A DNA stretch of 64,000 bases from Deltaproteobacteria bacterium (GCA_018333535.1 JAGXTA010000071.1:99100-163099), one strand, 5' to 3'. Numbered from the stretch's first letter, positions 44,816-54,300 are shown. Made by a program: numbers and translations. Notes: generated by a model from the sequence alone, not told the origin.

Positions 44816-45663
44816 TTTGCGCTATTCTTGAACGGTCGATAGAGTGGATCGCCTATCAAGATCATTTGCCAGGACCAGTATGGATTGGATAACGCATAAC
44901 ATTCAGCTAAGGTCAGCCGTCCCTCTATGAGAAGAGCAAAAAAAAGATCCGGCAATGGAAAGGCCTGGACATAAGGCTCAGCCACAGGTCCTATGGTAGC
45001 CGCCACCCCTTTTTCGAGCATCCTCTTGCACCAGACCTGACTTTCTTTATTCTTCAGCGTTACACATTCCCCGCTTGCAATATGAAATCCGACAGCTCCC
45101 TTAACCCAGGTAAAGGCATCCACATACCGGGCTAAACTGTACCATCCGCAATAAAGCGCGGCATCCGGACACTGTCCGGGCTGGAAAAGGGTCTGCTGAG
45201 AATCGAGGACAACCGGCATGCGACGGCTTTTTTCAACCAGATGGGCGGCGTTATATATTGCCTTATCGTAAAACGCATAGCCTGTTAACTCCCCGGCAGG
45301 TTTATCACCCGGATTCGGCCAACGCGCATCGAAATAGGCTTTACCACGAAGTCCCTCCTTTTCGGCCTCGAGACTATCATCAATCATGCGGCGGACAATC
45401 GCTTCTTCAGGACCATCCAGGCGGCTTACCAGGATGACTTGCCGAGGCATATTTTTAATCTCTTTCCCACGGAACCCCAAGAAAAATTTATTGGGAAGCA
45501 TATTCTCAAGCGGATAAGAATCCTCCCTGACCAGAGCCAACTCCGAATCAACAGCAGCCCCCAGAGAGACCTTTCGCACAGCCTGGATCTGCTTCCTGAT
45601 GCTCACCTCTTCTTCTTTCAACCCCTTCAGTTTTTGGTCATCCTTTTCCTGCTCTGCCTTCAT
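44812..45663 (-). CDS. hypothetical protein; probable C-terminal part of a larger secreted protein split at an A7 tract
   Basis: 283 aa. Its frame continues upstream (..GKKELSGLQKQYNALRDRIMKAEQEK..) to the A7 run near 45738-45744, where it would join the frame of 45660..46079. Confidence 0.5.
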   Translation of the reverse strand: MKAEQEKDDQKLKGLKEEEVSIRKQIQAVRKVSLGAAVDSELALVREDSYPLENMLPNKFFLGFRGKEIKNMPRQVILVSRLDGPEEAIVRRMIDDSLEAEKEGLRGKAYFDARWPNPGDKPAGELTGYAFYDKAIYNAAHLVEKSRRMPVVLDSQQTLFQPGQCPDAALYCGWYSLARYVDAFTWVKGAVGFHIASGECVTLKNKESQVWCKRMLEKGVAATIGPVAEPYVQAFPLPDLFFALLIEGRLTLAECYALSNPYWSWQMILIGDPLYRPFKNSAN

Positions 45664-46079
45664 GATCCGGTCACGAAGGGCATTGTATTGTTTTTGTAAA
45701 CCCGATAACTCTTTTTTTCCTGACCCGTCAGCTCAGGAGGACGGACTCGCAGCGGGAGGCCATACATGGTAACCAGACACAGGAATTTATTGCCTTCCGG
45801 ATCATTTTTCTTAAGGAACGTCCTGATGGGGGCGGCAATATACTTTTCAAAGTCATTCCTGCTGCATTCCTCCTCCGATGAGGTGTTTAGCAATATCAGG
45901 TTGTTTGAGGGAATATGCCGTTTCTCCATATAATATTTAGCCAACTCCACACTGTGCCACGCCATCTTATTGGCAACGACTACTATATTTTCAGGTGTCA
46001 ATCCCCAGCAACCGGGTTGTTCTCCAAAGATTGCGCATGGAATAAACAAAAATATAAATAAAAATATTTTAACCCTCAT
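45660..46079 (-). CDS. hypothetical secreted protein; probable N-terminal part of a frameshift-split gene
   Basis: 139 aa with signal peptide MRVKIFLFIFLFIPCAIFG. Ends 4 nt into the next ORF; the A7 tract lies ~80 nt upstream of its stop. Confidence 0.5.
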   Translation of the reverse strand: MRVKIFLFIFLFIPCAIFGEQPGCWGLTPENIVVVANKMAWHSVELAKYYMEKRHIPSNNLILLNTSSEEECSRNDFEKYIAAPIRTFLKKNDPEGNKFLCLVTMYGLPLRVRPPELTGQEKKSYRVYKNNTMPFVTGS

Positions 46080-46321
46080 GGTATCATCTAATCTTTTCTA
46101 TATCGATTTATCAACGATCAGGCTTAAAGATTCCTTCTTTCCCATTATAATTTTACTCTATCCAATTTACAATTCAAATGAATAGTTTTATCCCATGGTT
46201 TCAGAAAATCGAAGACTTTATGACGGGGTTTACTTTTTTCAAGTATCTGCTATAATCAATTTTAAATTGACCTGCCACCAGCCGGTAGATTTTCCACTGA
46301 CTGAAACCAGCCAAGGGGAGT

Positions 46322-46366
46322 AAAAAAAGAGCCTGACGATCCTATGACCGAAAGGCTCTTTTTTTC
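46322..46366. terminator. bidirectional intrinsic terminator
   Basis: aaaaaaagagcc-N20-ggctcttttttt; A-tract and T-tract flank a GC stem. Confidence 0.6.
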
Positions 46367-46392
46367 ACTTATTAACTCATTCTCTCATTAAC

Positions 46393-48813
46393 TCATTTCT
46401 TATTATTGACCTCCCTCCACGAAATCGGAAGAATCGTTGAATGCCCCTTCAGGTGCGTCGAATAGAGCCCTCCCGGAAACCCTGTGTAGGCAACAGGTCT
46501 TTTGCCCAGGGCAGAGATAACCGTGCCTGACGGAATCCCGGTCCCAATGATCTTTGAACGGTCTGAGAGGTCAATCTTTGGCCCTCCTTGATCATTTTCA
46601 GGGTTGAGATTGAAGATTGGGTTTCCGACTTTATAATTCAGGGCATAAATCCGGGCGATTCCGTCACTCTCCTGAGAAGGGGTATAAGTGGAGAAATAGA
46701 CCACTCCAAAGACAACAACCGGAGGAGCCAGGACCTTCTCCCCTTCCTTTAGACTGATAAACCAGCCCTCTTTGTTGGCAAGGGTCTGGACGGTGGCAAA
46801 ATCCTTTGTTACATCCGCAAGATTACCTTCCGATAAGGGTGAGCCGTTTCCCTTATCCATAAAGGCATAAAATTTGTCGATTCCAATCTTCACATTGGGA
46901 TGTTCCCGGTCCCCTGTTCCAAACAGGACTATTTCCCCGCCTTTTTCGAGCGTCACATCCGGCTTACTAAAAATTTTCTGCTTGCCACTACCGGTAAAAC
47001 CAAGGTTTGAATTGAAGACAACCCTTCCTGACCAACCATTCGGATCAGCCCCCTTTAAATCGAACCTCCAGAGCTTTCCTCCCATATCTCCGACATAAAG
47101 ACGGTCAATGTAACCATCGCCGTTAACATCCACGCAGGAGATCGTGCTTGGGATGGAGTGTTTCATGCCTGGATCTCTTTTAGAATCCCACCGCCAGATC
47201 TGCTGGCCGGTTAATAAATCGACCACATAAACCGCCCTTCCCTTCTTATCTTCAGCGGCCGGGGTTTTTCTGTCCTGATTCTCGTCATATCCGCCGCCAA
47301 TGATGCAGACCGCCTTTCCCCCTTTTCCATCTTTGATACGACCGAACTGGGGTTCTGACCAGGTCTGTCCTATTTCCGAAAACCCGGTGGTTTCTGGGCC
47401 GATCTTCCAGAGAAACTTCGGACTTTCAGGCTTGGTCACATCAAGGGCATAATAATTGTTTCCCCCTCTTCTTAATCCGAAAACAATGATCTTCTGTGAA
47501 TTGGTGATATAAGCCTTTGGTGAGCCATCCACGAAATATTTAAGGCCATTTCCCTGAGGCAATTCTTTTAAACGGACAAGTAACTCAGAGGGAATAAAAC
47601 CCCAGAGCTCCTCTCCTGTGGCGTCATCAAAGGCACGGAGCATCCCGTCGTTTGCTCCCACAAAGATGACCTTCTTCGAATTCCCATAAGGAATCACCAA
47701 CGGCCTTGAATTGACAATGGGGCCGAGGATCCATTTCCGTTTTTGAAGGGAGGTCTTCTCCTTGTCTTTGGCATAAGAGTCATATCCCTGAACATATTGA
47801 ATCAGTTTATCTTTTGCGGCCTTGTCCTCGGATGAAAGCCCTAACATCTCCGGCGTAATCTTCTCGTTTGAGGTAGAAAATTCGTGTAATTCGGTCGTTA
47901 AATTCGTGCTATTCGTGGCTTCAATATTTGTCAATATTTTCCTAGGCTTATCCCTCTTAAGAAGGACTTCCCCTACCCCCCCCTTATCCACGTTTTTCCC
48001 ATCGGCAGAAGAGCTCCAGGCGCTCTTAGAAGACTCCTTTATCTGATTGTTCGTGTCAAGAACAGGCGTCTTAGATGAATCCACAACCTGAACAACTGTC
48101 GACCCATTCGTGTTATTCGTTAATTCATACTTTTTGACGTTGCCAATCGCCTCGCCATCTGAACTGATTTCTGAGACGGCAACATACACCTGCCCTCCTG
48201 TATTAATCGGCGGTGAAGGCGTTGAGGTCGTTGCCGGTTCCGGGGCTGACGCAGGAGTTGGACTCGCATTCGAAGTGGGTTCGGTGGGTGAAGAAAAAGT
48301 TGACCCAGGCCTCGGCTCCGAACCTGTAAAAACTGTGGGGGGCGCGGGATCCGGCATTGACTCTGGAATAGGCGAAGGAACAATGGTGGGTGGAACTAAT
48401 GAAATTGGAGGAGAGGGTTCAATGGCAACCCCGTTTACTTCTATGGAATAATTACTTTCATTAAAATACAAATCATATGCTGTAACAGCTATATAATAAG
48501 TTTTTCCTTCCGTTAGACCCTTTAAAGGAAAAGCATTCACGTTTCCCACATCGACTGAAGCGGTATATTGCTTTGAACTCGTCCCAAAATATACTTTATA
48601 CCCGGCCAGATCGGGCTCTTTATTTGGATCCCATGCCAATCTTAGCTGGGCAGCCAATGCAGAAGGGGGAAAAAGAAGCGTAATGATAGCACAAATAATT
48701 GCAAGGGTTAGATATCGTAATCCATGGTATTGCATAAGTGAAATCCTCCGAAAAAAGTGATAATGATATCTAATAAGCAAGAAATATACCATTAATAAAA
48801 ACAAATTCTTCAC
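46393..48813 (-). CDS. PilY1-like beta-propeller protein with N-terminal FN3-like domain and Thr/Pro-rich linker
   Basis: 806 aa; alternative start at 48735 gives signal peptide MQYHGLRYLTLAIICAIITLLFPPSALAA. C-terminal ~500 aa has PilY1-like motifs (GGNNYYALDV..., VDVNGDGYIDRLYVGDMGGKLWRFDL). Confidence 0.55.
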   Translation of the reverse strand: MKNLFLLMVYFLLIRYHYHFFRRISLMQYHGLRYLTLAIICAIITLLFPPSALAAQLRLAWDPNKEPDLAGYKVYFGTSSKQYTASVDVGNVNAFPLKGLTEGKTYYIAVTAYDLYFNESNYSIEVNGVAIEPSPPISLVPPTIVPSPIPESMPDPAPPTVFTGSEPRPGSTFSSPTEPTSNASPTPASAPEPATTSTPSPPINTGGQVYVAVSEISSDGEAIGNVKKYELTNNTNGSTVVQVVDSSKTPVLDTNNQIKESSKSAWSSSADGKNVDKGGVGEVLLKRDKPRKILTNIEATNSTNLTTELHEFSTSNEKITPEMLGLSSEDKAAKDKLIQYVQGYDSYAKDKEKTSLQKRKWILGPIVNSRPLVIPYGNSKKVIFVGANDGMLRAFDDATGEELWGFIPSELLVRLKELPQGNGLKYFVDGSPKAYITNSQKIIVFGLRRGGNNYYALDVTKPESPKFLWKIGPETTGFSEIGQTWSEPQFGRIKDGKGGKAVCIIGGGYDENQDRKTPAAEDKKGRAVYVVDLLTGQQIWRWDSKRDPGMKHSIPSTISCVDVNGDGYIDRLYVGDMGGKLWRFDLKGADPNGWSGRVVFNSNLGFTGSGKQKIFSKPDVTLEKGGEIVLFGTGDREHPNVKIGIDKFYAFMDKGNGSPLSEGNLADVTKDFATVQTLANKEGWFISLKEGEKVLAPPVVVFGVVYFSTYTPSQESDGIARIYALNYKVGNPIFNLNPENDQGGPKIDLSDRSKIIGTGIPSGTVISALGKRPVAYTGFPGGLYSTHLKGHSTILPISWREVNNKK

Positions 48814-49432
48814 GCTTTATGAGGTAATAGAATAAATTGAGTGGTGTTGATTAACAAATTGAAATTACAGCATATTCTCGGTTTTTTCCTAAGAAATATT
48901 TGGGTATCAGTTTTGACAAGAATAACAAATTTGCAGCTATATTGAACTTTTCAGAATTAAAAATTTCCATGCAAGGACATTTTGTCATTTTTTTTCTTCC
49001 AGCAGGCTCTCTTGAAGGCACAGCGGGAGTTCTCACGGGTGGCGGGAAGGGGTTGGGGTATTCGGAGGCGAAGATGGCGCGGTAGCTTGGGGTGATCGGT
49101 TCTTATGGGACAAGGATTGTGGCCGAGCGGCAACTGTCGGAAGGGGTGAGATAAAGGTATAAAAAATATCTGATCAATCGGTTTGGAACAACGATACCTG
49201 TAAAAAAACGGAAATCTTTACAAAATCATTTGAATAAATACTTTCATATTATCAAATGGTTAGAAATATAATTGATCAACTTGTCAAGATTTCTTACAAA
49301 TCTCAATGTGTTCTGAAAATTAACAAAAGAAAAAACCCTAACGAAACAATAACTTCCTTTCCTTTCTTAAATCGGCATGAAAATTGTAGATAATATATAT
49401 GATTTTGAGGTGATGATCCTGTTGAGGCGAGT

Positions 49433-49618
49433 ATGTTGGTTTATGAATTTTACTGGCGCGGTGACATTGGGGATACCCATCTGGTTGGAATATTACCTGA
49501 GAGAAGAAAAGAACCCACCCGAATTACCGACGAATCGATTATTAATTGGGTGAAAAAGGTTATTGGGGATGAAATAAGAGCCAATGACATCTTCTTCTGC
49601 AAGGTAAACATAGAATAG
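49433..49618 (+). CDS. small conserved protein, paralog of 35150..35374
   Basis: 61 aa; YEFYWRGDIGDTHLVGILPERRKEPTRITDESIINWVKK. Followed by a strong terminator. Confidence 0.5.
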   Translation: MLVYEFYWRGDIGDTHLVGILPERRKEPTRITDESIINWVKKVIGDEIRANDIFFCKVNIE

Positions 49619-49629
49619 TTTTAGAAAAA

Positions 49630-49669
49630 GAAAAAACCCACAGGCTCAATTGACTGATGGGTTTTTTTT
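49630..49669 (+). terminator. intrinsic terminator
   Basis: aaaaaaccca-cag-gctcaattga-ctg-a-tggg followed by TTTTTTTT. Confidence 0.65.
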
Positions 49670-49745
49670 GAACCCCTTGAGTTTAGATCCTAGATCTTTC
49701 GCATACGCCGAGAAGCTATCCCAACCGCAACTATCCCTATCCCTA

Positions 49746-49772
49746 ACAATATACCTAATTACCGTTGCCTGG
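49746..49772 (+). repeat. 27-bp direct repeat caatatacctaattaccgttgcctggc (second copy 52905-52931)
   Basis: Exact copy at 52905-52931, where it abuts the truncated sigma-54 activator pseudogene. Confidence 0.7.
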
Positions 49773-50250
49773 CAGTATGCCGTGTAGAACATATGACTTG
49801 TCGGTTGAAGTCCGGCCGTGGGAATTCGGCAGTTCGCCCACGTAGCCGGAGGGAGGTGTAAGGGGTAACCTGAAGCACTAAGTTCCCTGACAAAGGCTCA
49901 GGAAGTGAGCCGAGCAAACCTGCGGGTTGCAGCGAAAGCGAACCTATATGTAGCCTCGTGAACGGAAACGGAGCTGCCGATCCTATTGTCAGGAGGAGAA
50001 GGCCGAAGCGGAATGCACATCAGGCAACGGAAGCATACGAAGAAAAGCAGAGAGCCCAAAATTTATCCCTACAGATATCTTTATGACAATCTTAAATTAT
50101 ACAAGATACCGACGACTGCTCCGTGGACTCAGACTGCGAAAGCTTCTGGAAGAAGATGATCGGAAAGCCGTATGCGGGAAAATCGCACGTACGGTTTGAT
50201 GAGGGGGAGCTGGAGATAGAGCCCTCGCTACTACGCCAGCTCTCTACTCT
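49772..50250 (+). ncRNA. group II intron remnant (domains V and VI present; no IEP ORF, no canonical 5' GUGYG end)
   Basis: 50165-50196 aagccgtatgcgggaaaatcgcacgtacggttt matches the domain V consensus (GAGCCGUAUGCG-loop-CGCACGUACGGUUC) including the AGC triad. It is followed by a domain VI-like helix (ggagctgg...ccagctct) with a bulge. Confidence 0.5.
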
Positions 50251-50353
50251 ACCCATTTGCACTTTTAAAAAGTAAAAAGAATTTGATAATAAGGAAAGAA
50301 TTTTTAAGGCAGTGCCTTTCATTCATAACTCAAAACTTATAATTCAACATTCA

Positions 50354-50611
50354 CTATGGAGTCTTCAGTATATCAAGAGTCCCGATTCTTCTTAAAAGAT
50401 ATGTTTCACCGGATATCTGGAATGTAAACCGATAGTCTTTTGTAACCCTCCCTTCCCAAATGTTTGGATGTCCTTTAATCTTTTTTATTCGTAAGGATGG
50501 ATGACGGGGATTTTCCATAAGAAGGACAAATTGCTTGTCAGCTCGTTCCTTAATCGCTTCAGGTAGAGTCTTATAATCTCCGTCAAAAGGCCTGGTCGTC
50601 TGAATTGTCAT
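50354..50611 (-). CDS. RelE/ParE-superfamily toxin
   Basis: 85 aa; ...NIWEGRVTKDYRFTFQISGETYLLRRIGTLD... follows the RelE-like C-terminal pattern. Overlaps the upstream antitoxin gene by 4 nt. Confidence 0.55.
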   Translation of the reverse strand: MTIQTTRPFDGDYKTLPEAIKERADKQFVLLMENPRHPSLRIKKIKGHPNIWEGRVTKDYRFTFQISGETYLLRRIGTLDILKTP

Positions 50612-50889
50612 CGTTTTTTTCTGAGATGCTGAACCAATTCATTGGCGCTTTTAAAGGGCCCTGATACTTCTCCTTTTACGATCGCTTCATCAGTTTCTTT
50701 CTCTTTTTCTTGCCATTCTTTAGTCCAAAACCAAGCTCGATCTTTGGAAATCAGTTTTTGGGGAATAAGGAGAAGTCCTTCTTCTGCCACATCTACCTCT
50801 AATAAATCACCGACCTCTAAACGAAGCTTCTCAAAAGCTTCTTTAGGAATGGTAATTTGATGTTTTTGGATAATCCTGGTGATCTGCAT
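50608..50889 (-). CDS. AbrB/SpoVT-type antitoxin
   Basis: 93 aa; N-terminal MQITRIIQKHQITIPKEAFEKLRLEVGDLLEV swapped-hairpin motif. Confidence 0.55.
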   Translation of the reverse strand: MQITRIIQKHQITIPKEAFEKLRLEVGDLLEVDVAEEGLLLIPQKLISKDRAWFWTKEWQEKEKETDEAIVKGEVSGPFKSANELVQHLRKKR

Positions 50890-51277
50890 TTCTTCCTCCG
50901 CTTTTTCCCTTTGCTGTAAAGAATTCTACCATCTTTAACGATTTTTTCAAGTTTCCTTTAATTCGTTTGGAGCAAGGCACCTAATCCCCATTAAAAAAAT
51001 CAGCCATTCAGCCAATGGGGGCGTATTCCGACACAAACACTTCCCTGTATCCTCTGCAGGAGCATCTGCTTCTCCTGTCTTCCTGGCTTCCTCATAGTCA
51101 AATATCAATAAATCAAGCTTGACCTCAATTCCTTTACATCTTATGGATGACCCCTAAACTTCTTTCGTAAACCCTGTTAGAAATTCCAGCGGGGCATTAT
51201 TTCTAACGGGGTAAATAAAAAAGGCAGATGAGAAATTATCCCACCTGCCTTCTTAATTTTAGATAGTTTTATGGAGC

Positions 51278-52042
51278 TTACTTTTTCATCCTCTTCCTAA
51301 CAAAGTACCCAAGGCCGATGAGGCCTGAGCCGAGAAGGAGAAGGGTGCTGGGTTCAGGCACAGATACAGAACCTGAATCATAAATAGCATATAACCCATG
51401 ACCATTGAATGATATGAGCACTTCTGAACGAGGGTCACTGAGAAGAATATCAAGTGCATTATTTCCATTATTTTGGTATAAGTGGTCTACTCCTGCGAAT
51501 ATTGGATGAGAGCTGCTTATTTCAATATTTCCCTGAACACCGTTATAGAAAGAACCAAACCCCAAACCGAAATAGTTTAAGAAGGTATTCCATCGCGCAG
51601 CTTCGTCTACCGGTCCGCCCCATCCTGTACCACCTGCAAGATATACATTACCGCCAGCGTTTACATAGTTAATAAGCACAGTGTTATCTGCAGAATCTCC
51701 GGCAATAAAAACACCGTCATAAGTTAAAAGTGTCGCCAGATTGAATGTGATCCCCATTGTCACATTCCAAGTATGACCAGCAGTTGTCATTGTAGATGCC
51801 AAGTGAGATCCTGTTAGACCGAAATTTGATGAGTAAGCAAGGAAATTACCAGGGGAGCCTCCGGTGAACCATTTAGCGACATTATTAACATAGGTTGCGG
51901 GGTCGTTAATTGGATTAACAGTAAATCCATAGTTGGTCAACTGCCATTCATCATTCGCAAGCACTATCTTTCCAGCCTGCGCACCAGAAGTCGACAACAG
52001 ACAGATAAACAACGCAGTAAAACAAGCTAATATCGTCTTCAT
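51278..52042 (-). CDS. PEP-CTERM domain protein (exosortase substrate)
   Basis: Likely start MKTILACFTALFICLLSTSGAQA (signal peptide). C-terminal VPEPSTLLLLGSGLIGLGYFVRKRMKK. Last ~90 nt of CDS plus ~140 nt of 3' flank are nearly identical to 60400-60560. Confidence 0.8.
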   Translation of the reverse strand: MKTILACFTALFICLLSTSGAQAGKIVLANDEWQLTNYGFTVNPINDPATYVNNVAKWFTGGSPGNFLAYSSNFGLTGSHLASTMTTAGHTWNVTMGITFNLATLLTYDGVFIAGDSADNTVLINYVNAGGNVYLAGGTGWGGPVDEAARWNTFLNYFGLGFGSFYNGVQGNIEISSSHPIFAGVDHLYQNNGNNALDILLSDPRSEVLISFNGHGLYAIYDSGSVSVPEPSTLLLLGSGLIGLGYFVRKRMKK

Positions 52043-52320
52043 AATTTCCTCCTTTCTATTGTAATTGCTTTTAATTTTAGCATGAATCATACCAAAACCA
52101 AATTAACCCGGTAATTGTTTGCAACCTATTAATTTATTTAAATAATTAAATAAAAACACAAAGAATATTCAAGGTCCACCCAAGCCCCATTTTTTAAAGA
52201 ATTGTAAAATAATTTTACAAAATCAATTCCATTCATCCCAATTGTACTAAATATAAATTAATTCAATATGTTATAACAAAATCAATCCGAATTAAAAATG
52301 TAAGCGTTTACGACATAAAT

Positions 52321-52907
52321 TTACACTTCTTTCTTGATGATTTTTAGTCTTTCCATCATTTCGTATAATGTCGGCCTGCTGATCCCCAGTTCCTCGGCCG
52401 CTTTAGAGATATTTCCCCTGCTTCTTGAAATAGCCCTTTGAATCAGGTCTCTTTCAAGTTCTTCCCGGGCCTCCCTCAAACCCTTGCCCTCATATTTTTC
52501 AAACGGTGAGGCAAGATCGAGGTCCTCTGGAGTTATCTGGGTTCCCTCAGCCATGATGACAGCCCGCTTGACCCGGTTTTCAAGCTCACGGATGTTTCGG
52601 GCCAGTTATATGTTTCGATCGCACGAACGGCCTGTGGTGTAAACCCGGAGATTCTCTTCTTGTTTTCCGATGAAAACCTCTGCAACAATGCCGTAGCCAG
52701 GAGCAAAATGTCCCCTTCCCTCTCCCGGAGAGGGGGCACCGAGATCACGACCACGCCAAGCCGGTAATATAAATCCTCTCTAAAACTGCCCTTCTTCATC
52801 CCCTCCTGCAGATCACGGTTCGAGGCGGCAATGACACGGACATCGACAGATATCTCCTCCCTGCCTCCGATTCTTTCGATCTTCTGTTCTTGAAGAAAAC
52901 GGAGCAA
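52321..52907 (-). pseudogene. sigma-54-dependent activator pseudogene (5'-truncated at the 27-bp repeat; internal -1 frameshift)
   Basis: ORFs 52533..52907 (..FREDLYYRLGVVVISVPPLRERE..) and 52321..52554 (Fis-type HTH NISKAAEELGISRPTLYE) are the C-terminal AAA and HTH parts. YNWPETSVSL.. should read YNWPGNIRELEN (one base missing near 52590). Coding stops at the repeat at 52905. Confidence 0.7.
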
Positions 52908-53095
52908 TATACCTAATTACCGTTGCCTGGCGCCATTTTCGTTTCGAGCGGCATCTGTCGGAAGAGGTTAGATTAAGATATCAAGATGGCTAGGCACGTT
53001 CCGCACGAACGTCTCCCATTTCTGAAATTTAAATGGTATTGACATTTGCCATTTGGCATTTTATTATGGCAATAATAAAAGAGGAGGTTTTTGCT

Positions 53096-53359
53096 ATGGA
53101 AACAACAATAGATAAATTTGGCAGAGTTGTAATACCGAAAGAAATTCGTGATCATCTTGGTTTGAAATCTGGAGAAGTTTTACAAATTGAGAGATTAGAG
53201 GATGAGGTTATGTTAAAACCCTTAAGAGAAGAATCCCCTTTACATATTAAAGAAGGCGTGCTGGTATTCTCAGGCGCTGCAACTGGTAATATGAAAGAGG
53301 CTGTCCGTCTCCATCGAGAGGAACAACTTAGAAAAATAGCTCTACCAAGTAAAAAATGA
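53096..53359 (+). CDS. AbrB/MazE-family antitoxin
   Basis: METTIDKFGRVVIPKEIRDHLGLKSGEVLQIE... with GAGGAGG RBS. Palindrome tgccatttggca in the upstream leader. Confidence 0.7.
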   Translation: METTIDKFGRVVIPKEIRDHLGLKSGEVLQIERLEDEVMLKPLREESPLHIKEGVLVFSGAATGNMKEAVRLHREEQLRKIALPSKK

Positions 53360-53790
53360 AAATACTATTTGATACTTCTGTTATTATCGCTGCGATTATT
53401 GAACCACACCCTATGCATTCTCGTGCTTTCCCATGGCTCAAGCGTGCCAAGTCCAAAGAATTTGATAGCCTTGTTGCGAGCCATACATTAGCTGAACTTT
53501 ATGCTGTTTTAACAACATTACCCATAAGTCCTAAAATTACACCCGGAATGGCTCGTCAGCTTATCTACAATAACATTGAGACTATCTCAAAGATTGTATC
53601 CCTTTCTTCTTCAGATTATATCTCCGTGATTCAACAGATAGCTGATCTGGGGCTATCAGGAGGCGTTATTTATGATGCTCTTATTGCGAAGGTAGCTCAG
53701 AAATCCAAGGTTGATCGCCTTTTAACTTTCAATATAGAAGACTTTAAACGTATATGGCCTGAAGGGGTAAAGCATATTTATTTACCTTAA
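53356..53790 (+). CDS. PIN-domain toxin (VapC-like)
   Basis: 144 aa; MKILFDTSVIIAAI... and conserved acidic residues. Overlaps the antitoxin stop. Confidence 0.7.
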   Translation: MKILFDTSVIIAAIIEPHPMHSRAFPWLKRAKSKEFDSLVASHTLAELYAVLTTLPISPKITPGMARQLIYNNIETISKIVSLSSSDYISVIQQIADLGLSGGVIYDALIAKVAQKSKVDRLLTFNIEDFKRIWPEGVKHIYLP

Positions 53791-54045
53791 TGCCTGGAAA
53801 ATCTTTTTAAATCCCTCCCCTCCCCACCGTCCTGTAATTTGAGAAACTCATGGGAATATACATGGCTTGACATAATTGCATGAATGCAACCCCCATATCA
53901 TACTGTGCTTTTAATGGGTGACCCCAATTCCGAAACAGGAAATAGTGACGCATTACCTTTAAAAAAACTTTTTGCTTGACATACTTCATTCATAAAGTTA
54001 TACTCTTTTCTAAAAGTTAAGTATTAGTTAAAAAGGATAAACAAA

Positions 54046-54300
54046 ATGGCTGTTGTTAAAATGCATCCCAAGGGACAAATTGTCATTCCCAAAGAAATTC
54101 GTACCAAATTGGGCGGGGTAAAACCTGGAAAGGCTTTGTCTATCACCTTCGTGAAAGACCATGCAGTAATTAGGCCCTTACCGGACGACCCCATAGAATT
54201 TTTAACGGGGTTTTTCGAAGGCCGCCCTGTTTCCCTTTCAGAGGAACTGCTAAAAGAAAGAAAGCAGGACAACATAATCGATGAAAATAATTCTCTTTGA
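54046..54300 (+). CDS. AbrB/SpoVT-family antitoxin
   Basis: 84 aa; MAVVKMHPKGQIVIPKEIRTKLG... Confidence 0.65.
   Translation: MAVVKMHPKGQIVIPKEIRTKLGGVKPGKALSITFVKDHAVIRPLPDDPIEFLTGFFEGRPVSLSEELLKERKQDNIIDENNSL

Noticed and set aside
46874-48451. Plus-strand ORFs inside the PilY1-like gene (for example 48110..48451, Gly-rich)
   Set aside because: Reverse-frame reading of the Thr/Pro-rich linker region produces Gly/Val-rich pseudo-proteins. Rejected in favour of the 806-aa minus-strand gene.
49780-50100. RNase P RNA or tmRNA in the GC-rich structured stretch (a 'gaagtccgg' word resembled the RNase P P4 region)
   Set aside because: Conserved RNase P motifs (GGAAAGUCCGGGCUCC, AGGGUGAAA.GGUG, ACAGAACCCGGCUUA) and the tmRNA 3' tRNA-like end are absent. 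The adjacent perfect group II intron domain V explains the region better.
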